Positions 62,094 to 63,019 of a stretch of 63,019 bases of DNA are shown here, piece by piece (the first letter of the stretch is position 1; each line of letters begins with the position of its first letter). The translations under genes and the position numbers were made by a program. Origin of the DNA: Bacilli bacterium (lineage in GTDB: Bacteria > Bacillota_I > Bacilli_A > RF39 > UBA660); assembly GCA_007117695.1 (NCBI GenBank), contig SKFZ01000014.1, forward strand, positions 1 to 63,019. The letters run 5' to 3'. The notes under the pieces are model-generated. The model did no database searches. It was not told the DNA's origin and was given only the letters and a program-made list of their open reading frames with translations.

Positions 62094-62496
62094 GTACCGC
62101 AGAATGCACCGCTTATCTTACGAAGGTAAGGCAAGAGGAAATACTGAATTACACTTTGGTGAATATGGATTGATGGCTACAGAAGGAGCTTGGGTTTCAC
62201 AACAACAAATTGAAGCTGCTCGTGTTGCTATGAATCGTTATATGAAGCGTGGAGGAAAAATTTGGATCAATATTTTCCCACACCTTTCATTAACTAGAAT
62301 ACCTTTAGAAACTCGTATGGGTAAAGGTAAAGGGAGCCCTGAATTATGGGTTGCTGTCGTTAAAGAAGGGAAGATAATGTTCGAGGTTGCTGGTGTTAGT
62401 GAAGAAGTAGCAAGAGAAGCGCTACGTTTAGCAATGCACAAACTACCAATCAAGTGTAAGTTTGTCAAGAAGGAAAGTGGTGAGGCTAATGACTAA
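62068..62496 (+). CDS. rplP: 50S ribosomal protein L16
   Basis: PKRTKYRR and [10 protein letters not shown]. Overlaps the rpsC end; SD GGGAGG. Confidence 0.95.
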   Translation: MALIPKRTKYRRMHRLSYEGKARGNTELHFGEYGLMATEGAWVSQQQIEAARVAMNRYMKRGGKIWINIFPHLSLTRIPLETRMGKGKGSPELWVAVVKEGKIMFEVAGVSEEVAREALRLAMHKLPIKCKFVKKESGEAND

Positions 62497-62686
62497 TAAA
62501 GAAATTAGAGAATTAACTACTGAAGAGTTAATGAAAAAAATCGATGAAAACAAAGAAGAATTATTTAATTTACGTTTTAGCCAAGCAACTGGAAGTCTTG
62601 AAAAACCTTCAAGAATCCCTGAATTAAGAAAAGAAGTTGCACGTATGAAAACAATCATTCGTGAACGTGAATTGAAGAAAGATTAA
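62489..62686 (+). CDS. rpmC: 50S ribosomal protein L29
   Basis: [17 protein letters not shown]. Confidence 0.95.
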   Translation: MTNKEIRELTTEELMKKIDENKEELFNLRFSQATGSLEKPSRIPELRKEVARMKTIIRERELKKD

Positions 62687-62697
62687 TGGAGGTAAGT

Positions 62698-62958
62698 ATG
62701 GAAAAAACAAGAAAGCAAGAACTAGTTGGTCGTGTTGTTAGTGACAAAACTGATAAAACAATTACGGTTTTGGTTGAATCTTACAAAAATGACCCATTAT
62801 ATAAAAAGCGTTTTAAGCGTTCTACTAAATATACTGCACATGATGAAAAGAATGAAGCAAAAATTGGAGATAAGGTTCGTATTGAAGAAACTAGACCATT
62901 GTCTAAAACGAAAAATTTCCGTTTAGTTGAAATTATCGAAAAAGCAGTTATTTTATAA
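62698..62958 (+). CDS. rpsQ: 30S ribosomal protein S17
   Basis: [19 protein letters not shown] and [23 protein letters not shown]. Confidence 0.95.
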   Translation: MEKTRKQELVGRVVSDKTDKTITVLVESYKNDPLYKKRFKRSTKYTAHDEKNEAKIGDKVRIEETRPLSKTKNFRLVEIIEKAVIL

Positions 62959-62984
62959 TTGTAACCGTAAAGGAGGAAAAGAAT

Positions 62985-63019
62985 ATGGTTCAACAACAAA
63001 GTTTATTAAAAGTTGCTGA
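62985..63019 (+). CDS. rplN: 50S ribosomal protein L14, first 11 codons (runs off the window)
   Basis: My own translation MVQQQSLLKVAD after SD AAAGGAGG. Confidence 0.8.
   Translation, partial: MVQQQSLLKVA

Overview
AT-rich (about 30% GC) Bacillota-type chromosome segment that uses the standard genetic code (TGA is a stop, e.g. at tadA and the trmN6-like gene). It is centred on the replication origin. Every gene left of about 23.8 kb is on the minus strand: tagO-like, mreB, rpiB, ATP-grasp ligase, rpmE, murA, fba, rlmH, MBL hydrolase, M23 peptidase, dnaB, rplI, whiA, yvcK, trxB, lgt, uvrB, noc, rsmG, mnmG, mnmE, jag, yidC, rnpA, rpmH. Every gene to the right is on the plus strand: dnaA, dnaN, comK-like, recF, gyrB, gyrA, SRP RNA, tadA, dnaX, ybaB, recR, holB, ricT, trmN6-like, rsmI, pth, mfd, a T-box with a dut-metG fusion, tatD, yabE-like, rsmA, ung, tilS, ftsH, parA, parB, DUF951, abgT-like, ychF, rpsF-ssb-rpsR, and the start of the S10 ribosomal protein operon through rplN. 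DnaA-box clusters flank dnaA, giving a bipartite oriC. I saw no rRNA, tRNA, CRISPR array, transposase, integrase, phage block or recognisable defence genes. I therefore cannot support a discrete novel multi-gene system here; the window is core housekeeping. The points most worth a second look are: (1) a single ORF that fuses a complete dUTPase to methionyl-tRNA synthetase behind a Met-specific T-box, with an A7 tract and an out-of-frame SD-ATG exactly at the junction; (2) three perfect palindromic parS sites within 113 bp just downstream of gyrA; (3) two identical Noc-binding-site-like 16-mers, one next to the noc promoter and one abutting the parS array; (4) a Noc homologue with a roughly 190-residue acidic, FxF-repeat insertion; (5) a truncated ComK-family gene in the dnaN-recF slot with TTTCGACA repeats around its promoter; (6) origin-proximal synteny that is inverted and compacted relative to Bacillus.
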